DNA of 64,000 bases from Paragordius varius (GCA_964247055.1 OZ176058.1:1736001-1800000), one strand, 5' to 3'. Counted from the first letter of the stretch, positions 1 through 12,609 are shown. The notes: generated from the letters alone by a model not told the origin. Program-made: numbers and translations.

Positions 1-26
1 AATAACATTTTTAAGGTCATATTTAG

Positions 27-170
27 TTAACTATTAGACATATGTACATTCTTTGGGCGAATCGACATATGAAACCCGCAAAATTTGAAAATAATCAAGA
101 CGAAATTTATGCAAAATTTTATTTATCTTTTCTGTGTGATATCTTATTGGATGACTCCAATATTTATCAA
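27..170 (+). CDS. HAUS4-like gene, first visible exon (5' boundary uncertain: AG at 25-26 or 36-37; gene probably continues upstream of the window)
   Basis: Open frame LTIRHMYILWANRHMKPAKFENNQDEIYAKFYLSFLCDILLDDSNIYQ ending at CAA|GTACT. A 34-nt GT-AG intron (171-204) joins it in phase 0 to the next exon. Confidence 0.6.
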
Positions 171-204
171 GTACTAAAATTTAATAAATTTAATTAAAAT
201 ATAG

Positions 205-726
205 AAAGACGTCCCAAATTTACCCACCGATGAATTCGAAAACTATAAAACAGCCATATTAAAACTAATTTTATCATATAAAGAATCTGATATTAACCTT
301 GGAATAAAAAATGGTAAAAACAGTCCAGATTTTGAGTTACCCGTTGTGAATAAAGATATTTTATACAAAAATTTGGACACCTACCTTTGTAAATGGTTAA
401 ATTTACTGATATCAAATGATTTATTAACTAATCTCAAAGACGAATTGTCAAAATCCAAAGCATTAAATCCTGAGAAAAACGATTGTTTGACAAAAGAGAC
501 CAGTTTTACTGAATTGGAAAACTTTTCCATTATTCAAAATATTAAAGATGATTTCAATAGTCCTCATTTATTATCAAATTCAACTTGTCCACAAAAACTT
601 ACAAATTCAGAAATATGTAAAGGACTAAAAAGCTTATTACCAAAATATCAAAGTTTACTGTTTGATATAAAAACCATACCGATGCAACAATCTAATTTTC
701 TGCAATACCTTAAAAACGAAGATATG
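205..726 (+). CDS. HAUS4-like gene, 522-nt exon (contains the track ORF 346-732)
   Basis: ATAG|AAAGAC acceptor, 174 open codons (KDVPNLPTDEFENYKT...QYLKNEDM), ATG|GTATAA donor, phase 0. Confidence 0.75.
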
Positions 727-1010
727 GTATAATTTTAATAAATATAAATATGGGTAAAAATAAATATGGGTAATATCATTTTGTGCATTACGTAATTTAA
801 TGTTTTATAATGAATTTATATATAAATCAATACGAAACTAAATATTATTAATTTTTATATACATTATTTTTTCTTGTTTAAATTGATTTTTTACCTTTTA
901 ACATTTAAATTTAAAATTAGATATGCTCTGAAAATATTTTTTTATTATAATTTTTAATTTGAAATATTAGGATTTACCATTTAATTTTCTATTATAATAT
1001 ATTCATTCAG

Positions 1011-1141
1011 GATTTAAGTTTGAAACATACGGAACTCATAAATCAGTATAAAAGTAAATGTGAATTTCAAATGAAGTTTATGGATGAGAATTGCATTCAA
1101 ATACTAAAATCCAAAGCCAAAGCCTTGGCTGAAAAAGATAA
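1011..1141 (+). CDS. HAUS4: HAUS4-like gene exon (DLSLKHTELINQYKSKCEFQMKFMDENCIQILKSKAKALAEKDK)
   Basis: TTCAG| acceptor and AA|GTAATT donor. Coiled-coil-like peptide resembling, from memory, HAUS4 'ELDRINAQYLEVKCGAMILK'. Confidence 0.6.
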
Positions 1142-1202
1142 GTAATTATAATTTTCGAGTTTTAAAAAATGAAATTTTTTAGAAATTATTATTTTTAATA
1201 AT

Positions 1203-1884
1203 TACAGTTCAAATTCACCCTCGAAAGAATTCGAATTCAAAATTATTTCTTTTTAAACTAATAAAACTTATTAATAATATATGGCATAGTTTATATTTTT
1301 TCAGTATTATTTTAATTTTATACAAGTTTTATTTTTTTAAATATAAAAAAATATGATAATTTATTTGAGGATGAATGTGAATTAGGGTGAGTTTGAATTG
1401 TTTAAGGATGAATTTGAATTATAAATGGTATATTTTTAACGGGGTTTATGTGGTAAATTATTAATTATATATATATATATATATATAGTTTTGGTATTAA
1501 AATTTAAGCAAAATTTAGATTTGATTTGATATTAATAAAAAAAGTTTATATAATTTTTTCCGTGTTTTTTTCATTTATTTTTGGGACGCTTATATACCAT
1601 TTACATTTCAAATTTACCTTTTAAAAACTCAAATTTAAAACAATTGAAATTCACCCTAAAAATAAATTATGTCTGTTTGAACTAATAAACCTTTTTATAA
1701 TATATGAATAGTTTATTATTTTTTCAATATGATTTTAATTTAAAACAAAATTTTATTTTTTAAAAATATAAAAAATATGAGTGATTTTTAATCTAAAAAA
1801 CTTATAATTTTTTTGAGGGTGAATGCGAATTGTTTAAGGGTAAATTTGAATATGGTATATAATTTTTAACGGGGTTTATATGGT

Positions 1885-1923
<39 letters not shown>

Positions 1924-2354
1924 TTTGGTATTTATATTTAAGCAAAATCTATATCTGGTTTAATATTAATAAAAAAAAGTTTATATATTTTTTTAGTCTT
2001 TTTTTCATTTATTTTTGGGACGCTTATATACCATTTATACTTCAAATTCACCTTTTAACAATTTAAATTTAAAACAATTGAAATTCTTTGAACAATTCAC
2101 CCTACAATTATGTGTTCGAACTAATATAACTTATTAATAATATATGGTATGTTTATTTTTTTTCAGTATTATTTTAATTTTATACAGAATTTCATTTTTT
2201 AAAAAAATATAAAAAATATGGGTAATTTTTAATCTAAAAAAACTTATAATTTATTTGAGGGTAAATGTGAATTGTTTAACTGTGAATTTGAATTGTTTAA
2301 GGGTGAATTTAAATTGTAAATGTATATTTTGAACGAGGTTAATATGGTAAAGTA

Positions 2355-2413
<59 letters not shown>

Positions 2414-2975
2414 TTGGTATTTGAATTTAAGTAAAATTTATATCTGGTTTAATATTAATAAAAAAAAGTTTATATAATTTTTTCAGTGTTTTTTCATCAA
2501 TTTTTGGGACGCTTATATATCATTTATACTTAAAATTCACCTTTTAACAATTCAAATTTAAAGCAATTGAAATACACTCTTAAACAATTCATATTTACCC
2601 TAAAAATGGTTTATATGTTTTCAAATAATATAACTCATTAATAATATATGGCATAGTTTATTTTTTTCAGTATTATTTTAATTTAAAACATAATTATTTT
2701 TAAAAAATTTATAAAAAAAGGGAAATAATCTCAAAAAACATATAATATTTTTGAGGGTGAATGTGAATTGTTTAAGGGTGAATTTAAATTGTTTAAGGGT
2801 GAATTTGTATTGTAAATGGTATATAATTTTTAACGGGGTTTATATGGTAAATTTTTATTTATATATATGTTTTGGTTTTCTATTTAAGCAAAATTTTTTT
2901 ATGATTTGATATTAATATATATCTCTTACATATTTAATAAAATAAAGTTTATATAATTTTTTGAGTTTTTTCCCA
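1203..2975. repeat. Four tandem units (about 430-490 bp) each made of a family A MITE plus a TA-microsatellite spacer
   Basis: Recurrent TACCATTTA..TTCAAATTCACC / GGTGAATTTGAA..AAATGGTA ends and a shared spacer with AACGGGGTTTATATGG and TTTTGGGACGCTTATA. Confidence 0.8.
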
Positions 2976-3187
2976 AAGATTTTTGGAAAAAAACAAAAGA
3001 TTTTCATTAATACAGTATAATTTATTTAAATTACAGTAAATTTATAATATCACAAAAAGTAACAATTATAAAGCCTAATATTTTTTATATAGAATATTTT
3101 TTGATTCTTGATTATATATTAAATGAAAAATTTAGTTATAAATCTATCAATTTAACCTTTAACCGACAATTTATATATATATATATA

Positions 3188-3556
3188 TACCATTTACAGT
3201 TCAAATTCACCCTTAAACAATTCAAGTTCACCCTTGAACAATTCAAATTCACCTTCGAACAATTCAAATTCACCCTAAAATAAATTATTTTTTAAGATTA
3301 AAAATTACTTATATTTTTTTATATTTTTAAAAAAAAGAAACTTTGTATCTAATCAAAACAATACTGAAAAAATAATAAACTTTGCCATAAAAATATATTT
3401 AATTATAATGATGAGTTATATTAGACCGAAATTTCACAATTTATTTTTAGGGTGAATTTGAATTTCGAGGGTGAATTTGAATTGTTCAAGGGTGAATTTG
3501 AAGTGTTCAAGGGTGAATTTGATTTGTTTAAAGGTGAATTTGAATTGTAAATGGTA
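3188..3556. mobile_element. MITE family A (TACCATTTAC termini, 21-bp subterminal repeats)
   Basis: Inverted termini TACCATTTAC...GTAAATGGTA in TA context, tandem TTCAAATTCACCCTTGAACAA units in both arms, no ORF. Confidence 0.85.
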
Positions 3557-3559
3557 TAT

Positions 3560-4470
3560 ATTATATAATTAAAGTTTTTTTATCGAAAAAATATTTTATA
3601 TTAGATTAATTTACAAATATATATATATAATTGCAAATAAATTTTTAAACTTTATTGCAATAAAAAATATAGAATTTTAGAATATTATATAATTAAAGTT
3701 TTAAAAAAATATTTTATATTTAATTAATTTACAAATATATAATTGCAAATAAATTTTTAAACTTTTTTCAATAATAAAATAATAGGATTTTAGAATATTA
3801 TATAATTAAGTTTTAAAAAAATATTTTATATTTAATTAATTTACAAATCTATAATTGCAAATTAATTTTTTTTATTGCAACAATATAAAATAGGATTTTA
3901 GAATATTATATAATTAAGATTTTTTTCCGAAAATTTTATATTTAATATTTAATTAATTTACAGATATATAATTGCAAATAATTTCTTAAACTTTTTCTGT
4001 AATAAAAAAAATAGAATTTTAGAATATTATATAATTAAGTTATTCTCAAAAAAATTATTTTATATTTAATTAATTTACAAATATATAATTGCAAATAAAT
4101 TTTTAACTTTTTTTTGTACTAAAATAATAGAATTTTCGAATATTATATAATTGAGTTTTAAAAAAATATTTTATATTCAATTAATTTACAAATCTATAAT
4201 TGCAAATAAATTTTTAAACTTTTTTGCAATAAAATAATAGAATTTTAGAATATTAAATAATTAAGTTTTTGAAAAATATTTAATATTCAATTAATTTACA
4301 AATCTATAGTTGCAAATAAACTTTTAAACTTTTTTTTGTAATAAAAAATAATAGAATTTTAGAATATTATATAATTAAATTTTAAAAAATATTTTATATA
4401 TAAATATTTTATAAATTATATAATTTTAAATCAATTTTTTGTAATAAAAAAATAATAGGATTTTAGAATA
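3560..4470 (+). repeat. About 115-bp tandem array containing the acceptor and first bases of the 4459 exon
   Basis: Seven copies of AATAATAG(G/A)ATTTTAGAATAT precede the real acceptor. Confidence 0.85.
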
Positions 4471-4658
4471 TGAATTATTACAATGCATATTCCCTAATGC
4501 ACAAACAGTTGAAACTTATAGACGCCATTTTCTCCATTTATCAGCTGTTTTGATTCCACAAAAACGCCAGGAATTTCAAGAAAAACAGCTGAAAATGTCA
4601 CATTTTGAAGCACGGTTTTTACCATCTGTTCAAATTGGAAAAAATAAAAATTTGAAAG
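4459..4658 (+). CDS. HAUS4: HAUS4-like gene exon (ILEYELLQCIFPNAQTVETYRRHFLHLSAVLIPQKRQEFQEKQLKMSHFEARFLPSVQIGKNKNLK)
   Basis: AATAG|G acceptor completes codon AA|G. Donor is GAAAG|GTATTT. The peptide aligns by eye with HAUS4 'LRMEELKILSDTYTVEKVEVHRLIR'. Confidence 0.65.
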
Positions 4659-7600
4659 GTATTTAGTTTTTACAGATGTTTTAAAAATTTTAATTTGAAA
4701 AGTTTCTAAATTGATAAAAAGCTATAGGTTTTTGGGGTTAATATAGAAAAAAAATTGAAATTAATTAAAATATAGTATATCGAGGGCAAATCACTTCAAA
4801 TTGGAAATAAAAATTTGAAAGGTATTTAGTTTGTAAATTAAATGAAAATTTAGATTTTATTAAAATTGTTAAAAAGCTATAGATTTTTGGGGTAAATATA
4901 GAAAAAATAACGATATATGTCTTAAAATGCAGTACAATAAGGACAAATCGATTTAAATTGGGAATTACAGTTATTATAAATGAAAGTTTTATTATACTAA
5001 AAAGAGGTAATAAAAATTTATATTCTAAACTGTATAATATATTTGATTATAAACCTAATAATATTTTTTTGAAGCGCGTTTTTTACCATCAGTTCAAATT
5101 GGAAATAAAAATTTGAAAGGTTTTACAGTTTTTACAGATGATTTAAAAATTTTAAGTCTGAAAGGTTTCTTAAAATTGATAAAAAGCTATAGATTTTTGG
5201 GGTTAATATAGAAAAAAAAATTAAAGTTTCCTAAAATGTAGTGCAATAAGAACAAATCGATTTAAATTGGGAATTATAGTTATTAAATTAAATGAAATTT
5301 AGATTTTATTAAAATTTCTAAAAAACTTTGTATAATATATATTTGATTATAAACCTAATAATATTTTTTTGAAGCACGGTTTTTACCATCAGTTCAAATT
5401 GGAAATAAAAATTTGAAAGGTCAGTTTAGTTTTTAAATTAAATGAAATTTTAAGTTTAATTTTATTAAAATTGTTAAAAGTTATAGATTTTGGGATAAAT
5501 ATTATAGAAAAAAAAATCGATATATATCTTAAAATGCAGTACAATAAGGACAAATCGATTTAAATTGGGAATTGAATTATAGTTTTTGAATTAAATGTAA
5601 GTTTAGATTTTATACTAAAAAGAGGTATTAAAAATTTATATTCTAAACTGTATAATATATTTGATTATAAACCTAATAATATTTTTTTGAAGCGCGTTTT
5701 TTACCATCAGTTCAAATTGGGAATAAAAATTTGAATGGTATGCAGTTTTTACAGATGATTTAAATAATTTAGATAAATTTGATATCTTAAAATTGATAAA
5801 AAGCTATAGATTTTGGGGTTAAAATAGATAAAATACGATATATGTCTTAAAATGCAGTACAATAAGGACAAATCGATTCAAATTGGAAATAAAAATTTGA
5901 AAAGTATGCAGTTTTTGAATTAAGTGAAAGTTTAGATTTTTGGAATAAATATTATAGAAAAAAAATTGAAATTTCCTAAAATGCAGTATATCGAGGGCAA
6001 ATCGATTTAAATTTGGAGTTATAGTTATTAAATTAAAAGAAAGTTTAAATTTTATTAAAATTTTTAAAATTCGTGTAAAAATTTTTCTTCTAAACGGTAT
6101 AATATATTTGATTATAAACCTAATAATATTTTTTTGAAGCGCGTTTTTTACCATCAGTTCAAATTGGAAAAAATAAAAATTTGAAAGGTATGCAGTTTTT
6201 ACAGATGATTATTTAGATAAATTTGAAAGGTTGATTTCTTAAAATTGTTAAAAAGCTAAGATTTTTGGAGTTAAAATTGATAAAATATCGATATATGTCT
6301 TAAAATGCAGTATATCGTGGACAAATCGATTTAAATTGGGAATAAAAATTTGAAAGGTATGCAGTTTTACAGATGATTTAGATAAATTTGAAGTTTGACA
6401 TCTTAAAATTGATAAAAAGCTATAGATTTTTAGGGTTAATATAGAAAATTTATCTATAAATATCTTAAAATGCAGTACAATAAGGACAAATTGATTTAAA
6501 TTGGGAATTATAGTTTTTAAATTAAATTAAAGTTTGATTTTATACTAAAAAGTGGTATTAAAAATTTATATTCTAAACTGTATAATATATTTGATTATAA
6601 ACCTAATAATATTTTTTTGAAGCGCGTTTTTTACCATCAGTTCAAATTGGAAATAAAAATTTGAAAGGTATGCAGTTTTTACAGATGATTTAGATAAATT
6701 TTAAGTTTGATTTCTTAAAATTGTTAAAAAGCTATAGATTTTTGGGGTTAATATAGAAAAAATATCGATATATGTCTTAAAATGCAGTATATCGAGGACA
6801 AATCGATTCAAAATGGAAATAAAAATTTTAAAGGTATTTAGTTTTTACAGATGATTTAGATAATTTAGATAAATTTGATATCTTAAAATTGATAAAAAGC
6901 TATAGATTTTTGGGGTTAAAATAGAAAAAAAATATTGATATATCTTAAAATGCAGTATATCGAGGGCAAATCGATTTAAATTGGGAATTATAGTTATTAA
7001 TTAAATGAAAATTTAGATTTTATTAAAATTTCTAAAAAACTTATAAAAAACTTATATTCTAAACTGTATAATATATATTTGATTTTAAACCTAATAATAT
7101 TTTTTTGAAGCGCGTTTTTTACCTTCAGTTCAAATTGGAAATAAAAATTTGAAAGGTATGCAGTTTTTACAGATGTTTTAAAAATTTTAAGTCTGAAAGG
7201 TTTCTTAAAATTGATAAAAAGCTATAGATTTTTGGGGTTAAAATAGATAAAATATCGATATATATCTTAAAATGCATAAATCGAGGATAAATCGATTTAA
7301 ATTGGGAATAAAAATTTGAAAGGTATGCAGTTTTTACAGATGATTTAGATAAATTTTAAATTTGAAAGGTTTCTAAATTGAGTAAAAAACTTAGATTTTT
7401 GGGGATAAAATAGATAAAATATCGATATATGTCTTAAAATGCAGTATATCGAGAACAAATCGATTTAAATTGGAATTATAGTTATTAAATTAAATGAAAA
7501 TTTAGATTTTATTAAAATTTCTAAAAAACTTATAAAAAACTTATATTCTAAACTGTATAATATATATTTGATTTTAAACCTAATAATATTTTTTTGAAGC

Positions 7601-8750
7601 GCGTTTTTTACCTTCAGTTCAAATTGGAAATAAAAATTTGAAAGGTATGCAGTTTTTACAGATGTTTTAAAAATTTTAAGTCTGAAAGGTTTCTTAAAAT
7701 TGATAAAAAGCTATAGATTTTTGGGGTTAAAATAGATAAAATATCGATATATATCTTAAAATGCATAAATCGAGGATAAATCGATTTAAATTGGGAATAA
7801 AAATTTGAAAGGTATGCAGTTTTTACAGATGATTTAGATAAATTTTAAATTTGAAAGGTTTCTAAATTGAGTAAAAAACTTAGATTTTTGGGGATAAAAT
7901 AGATAAAATATCGATATATGTCTTAAAATGCAGTATATCGAGAACAAATCGATTTAAATTGGAATTATAGTTATTAAATTAAATGAAAATTTAGATTTTA
8001 TTAAAATTTCTAAAAAACTTATAAAAAATTTTCTTCTAAACTGTATAATATAATTGATTATAAACCTAATAATATTTTTTTGAAGCGCGTTTTTTACCAT
8101 CGATTTAAATTGGAAATAAAAATTTGAAAGGTATTTATTTAAAATTTGAAGTTTGATTTCTTAAAATTGATAAAAAGCTATAGATTTTTGGAGTTAAAAT
8201 TGATAAAATATCGATATATGTCTTAAAATGCAGTACAATAAGTACAAATCGATTTAAATTGGGAATAAGAATTTGAAAGGTTTGCAGTTTTTACAGATGA
8301 TTATTTAGATAATTTAGATAAAGATTTCTTAAAATTGATAAAAAGCTATAGATTTTGGGGTTAAAATAGATAAAATATCGATATATGTTTTAAAATGCAG
8401 TAAAATAAGGACAAATCGATTTAAAGTGGGAATTATAGTTTTTAAATTAAATAAAAATACTAAAAAGAGGTATTAAAAATTTATATTCTAAACTGTATAA
8501 TATATTTAATTTTAAACCTAATAATATTTTTTTGAAGCGCGGTTTTTACCATCAGTTCAAATTGGAAATAAAAATTTGAAAGGTATGCAGTTTTTACAGA
8601 TGATTTAGAATTTTAAGTCTGAAAATTTTCTAAATTGAGTAAAAAACTTAGATTTTTGGGGTTAAAATAGAAAAAAATATTGATATATGTCTTAAAATGC
8701 AGTATATCGAGGGCAAATCGATTTAAATTGGGAATTATAATTTAGAAAAA
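4659..8750 (+). repeat. Composite intronic tandem array containing the 3' end and donor of the 4459-4658 exon
   Basis: About 9 long copies of TTTGAAGCGCGTTTTTTACCATCAGTTCAAATTGGAAATAAAAATTTGAAAG|GT plus about 7 shorter copies. Confidence 0.9.
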
Positions 8751-9280
8751 AAGTATATTTTGTAAGTTGATTTGACAAACGTTGGAAAAACATTAAAAAA
8801 TCTATATTTTATTATAAAATAATTTAATAAAGCCCAACTATATTTGGGTTAATTTTATGTAAAGTATAGTTATTATAGTAAAAACCATTTTTTTAAAACT
8901 CTAACTTATGAATGTCACTCTGAGGCGCTAAAAAAATTTTAGCATACTGTTGTAAATAATTATATCCAACAGCTAAATAATATATAAAAAATAAAATTAA
9001 TCTAAAAATGTGCGTGAATACAATAAAAAATGAAATTAAACGTACAGATGTATAATTTTAAAGTCAAATATACTTTTAAAAGGAGCACTGTACTTTTTTT
9101 AACTTGTTTTAAATTGCCAAGTATTAAATAGCGATTTAAATTAAAAAAACACTTAGTTGTTTCTTTTATTTTAAGCTTTACAAATGGGTTGTCTCCTAAA
9201 AGAAAAATATTTATATTTATGCTTTTTTCATGTGTTGTCCGACTTAATTTTTTTACTGTAATATTTTATTTAATAATTAG

Positions 9281-9474
9281 GTAATAAAATCGATGTTAAA
9301 CCATTCAGTTTTATGGAGAAAAGGCAAAAGGCAGATATAACAAAAAACCTTAATAACTCCTCATCAGAAAACAATAATAATTCTGAAAATAATGATTATA
9401 AAATAATTCCTGATTTAGTTGAAGAATATGTGAAATTGAAACAAAAATTAGCCATTTTATCCGCAACGAAATAA
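9281..9474 (+). CDS. HAUS4: HAUS4-like gene terminal exon, copy 1 (..KIIPDLVEEYVKLKQKLAILSATK*)
   Basis: ATTAG|GT acceptor in the correct phase (G|GT), TAA at 9472-9474 and AATAAA just downstream. LVEEYVKLKQ resembles HAUS4 'LVKEYTVLKQ'. Confidence 0.65.
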
Positions 9475-9508
9475 TCTAAATAAATTTATCTATATTTATT
9501 ATCTATTA

Positions 9509-9798
9509 CAGTAAAAATTGAAATTGACGGACAAAATAAATATAGAGACATATATTTTTTTCTAAAAGGCATCATTACTTTATAAACCTTGTTTTTTTTA
9601 AATATAACTCATTGTTTAAAACTGCAAAGTATAAAATGGATATGTAAATTGGTAAAACAAGCAATTATGGATATTACGATTGTAATTAAGATGTTTATAG
9701 GAAAAAATACGGTTTAAAAAAGTATGGTGAGTTGTGTTTTAAATAAAAAATTGTCTTTATATTTTTACCTTTTGTCCCTATAATTTTAATTTTGACTG
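9509..9798. mobile_element. MITE family B (CAGTAAAAATTGAAAT long TIR, Tc1/mariner-like)
   Basis: TA|CAGT...ACTG|TA ends with about 90-bp imperfect TIR. Many further copies in the window. Confidence 0.75.
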
Positions 9799-9828
9799 TA
9801 TATTAAAAAAATTTAATTTAATAAGTTA

Positions 9829-10031
9829 CAGTATGCATATTTATGGTTGCTAATTTCACACACACTATAGTATGGCAATTTGCAACACATGACAGTAGTG
9901 TATGGAAAAAAGAAAGGAAAATAATTGTTAATTCAACATTGTGTTGTTTTTTTCCATACAATACTGTTGTGTTGCAAATCAGCCCTACTATATAGTTTGA
10001 AATAAGCAAGAACCATTAAAAGCACACACTG
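9829..10031. mobile_element. MITE family D (about 200-bp foldback)
   Basis: TA|CAGTATGCATATTTATGG...CCATTAAAAGCACACACTG|TA, nearly whole-length imperfect palindrome. Other copies at about 13167-13377 and 40680-40865. Confidence 0.7.
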
Positions 10032-10247
10032 TATTCATTATAATAGTAAATGGTGGTCAATCAAAAAAAATTTTCGGGGGTGCTGTCATAAATCTGGAGT
10101 AAATTGTATAATATTATAAGGAAAGATTAGTTTATAATAAATTTTTAGCGGGTTTAAAACCATAATTATCCGCAAATTTAGCAAATATATATTTTCAAAC
10201 TTTTGAATAAGGTTTAAAACCTTTCAATACCATTCACTATATTAGTA

Positions 10248-10756
10248 TACCATTTGCACTTCAAGAGTGTCCTTGAACACTTCAAGTTGGTCCTTGAACA
10301 TTTCAAGTTGGTCCTTGAACATTTCAAGTTGGTCCTTGAACAATTCAAGTTGGTCCTTGAACTTTATTGTTTAGTTTTTTAACTTTTATCAATCAAATGG
10401 TAAAAAATTCATCTATTTTTTGTTTTTAACCTATTTTCTATTAATTTAACATAAATTTTAAATCGATATCAACTTTTAATCTTTGAGAAATCGTATACTC
10501 TTTATTATTTTCTTAATAATTTTGGATATTTATAAGATTTATATAATAAAGAAAATTAGGTTAATAAATGATAAAATTAAAAAATAAATGCAAAAATTAT
10601 GGCTAAATCAAAAAATAATAAATTTAAAGGACCAACTTGAAGTGTTCAAGGACCAACTTGAACTGTTCAAAGACCAACTTGAATTGTTCAAGGATTAACT
10701 TGAACTGTTCAAGGACCAACTTGAAATGTTCAAGGACACTCTTGGTGCAAATGGTA
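10248..10756. mobile_element. MITE family A2 (TACCATTTGC termini, 21-bp TTCAAGTTGGTCCTTGAACAT repeats)
   Basis: Inverted termini and mirrored 21-bp arrays. Second copy at about 13579-14132. Confidence 0.85.
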
Positions 10757-10758
10757 TA

Positions 10759-12259
10759 CAGTATGAGAGTAATTATACATTGCTAGAAAGTTATTAATTA
10801 TATTGCCAAATAGCAAATATACAACAAAGGGCAGTATTATTGGTTAATAATAGAGTAAAAAGTGAAAAAAATAACTATAAGCCAATAATACTGCCCCCTT
10901 TGTTGTATTTCTATTTGGCAATAATAATTAATAACTTTCTAGCAATGTATACTATACCATTTTTCATGCAAAAACATCTTTTTTTCAACCAAACTCAACA
11001 TTTTTTCAAGCCAACATTTTTTTAAGCAAAGACAACATTTTTTCAAGCAAACGCAACATTTTTTAAGCAAACGCAACATTTTCAAGCCAACATTTTTTTA
11101 AGCAAAGACAACATTTTTTCAAGCAAACGCAACATTTTTTCAAGCAAACGCAACATTTTCAAGCCAACATTTTTTTAAGCAAAGACAACATTTTTTCAAG
11201 CAAACGCAACATTTTTTAAGCAAACGCAACATTTTCAAGCCAACATTTTTTTAAGCAAAGACAACATTTTTTCAAGCAAACGCAACATTTTTTCAAGCAA
11301 ACGCAACATTTTCAAGCCAACATTTTTTTAAGCAAAGACAACATTTTTTCAAGCAAACGCAACATTTTTTCAAGCAAACGCAACATTTTTTCAACCAAAT
11401 ACAACATTTTTTCATCCAAACGCAACATTTTTTCAACCAAAGACAACATTTTTTCAAGCAAAAACAACAATTTTTTTAAAATAAAAAAACAATTTTTTTA
11501 TTTTAAGACATATTAAATTTAAAGTTAATGTAAATCAATTTTAACGTGAAATTATGATTTTTATTGTTTTATCACCAATATTTGATATAATTCATTTTCC
11601 AACATATTAAATTAGCCCATAAATTGCATTTATGACATTTGCACATCAAAAGTGTCCTTAAAACACTTCAAGTTGGTCCTTCAATATTTAAATTTTGATA
11701 CTAACGTTTACTAATGAAGCAATAAAATATTTATTATTCAATCATTTTAAACCTATTTTTTTATATAACTTAAACCTTTAAGTGAATACAATTCTTTCAT
11801 AAGAACCGTATAATTATTTTCTATAAATTAACTATATCAAAAAATGTCTAGATTTTGTGGGTTATTGATCGTAATATTTAGTTTAAAACAATAATAAAAT
11901 AATATTGATAAATTAAAGAAAATTACCTCGAAAAAATAGATAATTGCACACAAAAATAACGGTTGTATGGAAACTGCAAAAAATGTAAGGAATTTTAAGT
12001 GAAGGATAACTTGAGACTCTTAAAGCGCAAATTGTGTATATAAATTAGGTGAAATTATTGCTGTAAAAAAGTATTGAAGTGCTGTAAAAAAGTATTGAAG
12101 ATTAATCAATTTACCATCAAATATTGATGATAAAACAATAAAAATTATAATTCTACGTTAAAATTAATTTACATACTTTAAATTTAATATGTCTTAAAAT
12201 AAAAAAATTGGTTGAAAAAATGATGTTTTTGCATGAAAAATGGTATATATATCATACTG
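10759..12259. mobile_element. MITE family C (CAGTATGAG TIR) interrupted by a family A3 element
   Basis: Left TIR CAGTATGAGAGTAATTATACATTGCTAG at 10759. The right TIR is split at 10954, with the remainder (TCATACTG|TA) at 12252-12259. Confidence 0.7.
10955..12245. mobile_element. MITE family A3 (TACCATTTTTCATGCAAAAACATC termini) with an expanded 21-bp array in the left arm
   Basis: Inverted termini, long inverted arms (about 11480-11590 vs 12115-12215), CAACATTTTTTCAAGCAAACG array at about 11000-11460. Confidence 0.75.
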
Positions 12260-12609
12260 TAATATACCATTTACAAATTCACCCTCAAATAAAATATATG
12301 TTTTTAGATTAAATATTAACCAATATTTTTATATATTTTTAAAAAATAAAAATTTTGTTTTAACCTAAAATAATCCTGAAAAAATAATAAACTATATGCG
12401 ATAAAGATATATTTCTCATTATTATAATGAGTTATTATATTAATTCGAATACACATATAATTTATTTCTAGGGTGAACTTGAATTGTTCAAGGGTGAATA
12501 ACTCATCCTGTATTATTAATCCAAATATAATATTTTATTTAATTTGATAATAAAATGTATATTACTGTATTTAATCCGAATATATAATTTTATTTTATTA
12601 CATAATTAG

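Noticed and set aside
10248-11460. 21-bp periodic arrays as CRISPR repeats
   Set aside because: No unique spacers, and the arrays are mirrored inside inverted-repeat elements in a eukaryotic context.
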